Position numbers and translations under genes: made by a program
The notes under the pieces: model-generated
The model's database searches: none
Told to the model about the DNA's origin: nothing
The model's input: only the letters and a program-made list of their open reading frames with translations
Shown: positions 62,352-64,000 of the stretch, piece after piece
Layout of the letters: each line of letters begins with the position of its first letter
How positions within the stretch are numbered: position 1 is the stretch's first letter
Source of the DNA: Alphaproteobacteria bacterium
GTDB lineage: Bacteria; Pseudomonadota; Alphaproteobacteria; UBA828
NCBI GenBank assembly: GCA_965237415.1
Contig: CBDEFM010000002.1
Span: forward strand, 1,408,001 to 1,472,000
Direction: 5' to 3'
DNA: 64,000 bases

Positions 62352-62380
62352 TTGACACGACCGGGGCTCGCGCCTATCTC
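62352..62380 (+). promoter_or_regulatory. Putative sigma70-type promoter of secA
   Basis: TTGACA-N17-TATCTC about 55 nt upstream of the secA ATG. Confidence 0.55.
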
Positions 62381-62435
62381 TCGGTCACTGCCGTCGCCGC
62401 GGGCGGCGGCGGGCGTTGGCTGTCGGGAACACACC

Positions 62436-64000
<1,565 letters not shown>

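Overview
High-GC alphaproteobacterial chromosome segment (Rhodospirillales/Kiloniellales-like gene order, inferred). Housekeeping blocks are parC-recO, yebC-ruvCAB-ybgC-tolQRAB-pal-cpoB-tilS-ftsH-folP-glmM-thiD, typA, and mutT-argJ/secA. Accessory metabolism lies between them. It includes a TPP-riboswitch-controlled ThiXYZ-type ABC importer, a coenzyme F420 cluster (cofD, cofE, LLM and two PPOX-fold enzymes), two toxin-antitoxin modules that bracket the housekeeping operon, and a 16-kb array of three molybdenum-hydroxylase (xanthine dehydrogenase/CoxLMS family) trimers plus a flavin monooxygenase next to tRNA-Pro(CGG). The most unusual structure is inside that array. The slot between two large-subunit genes occurs twice in tandem with different cargo (a thermonuclease; a low-GC two-gene cassette). 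The two copies are joined by a 111-codon chimeric mini-gene fused at a 12-bp microhomology, and its divergence is mostly synonymous. Also found: a frameshifted GDCCVxC metal-binding gene that the ORF track misses, and a hydantoin-racemase homologue lacking both catalytic cysteines. All alignments and counts were done by eye; no database searches were run.
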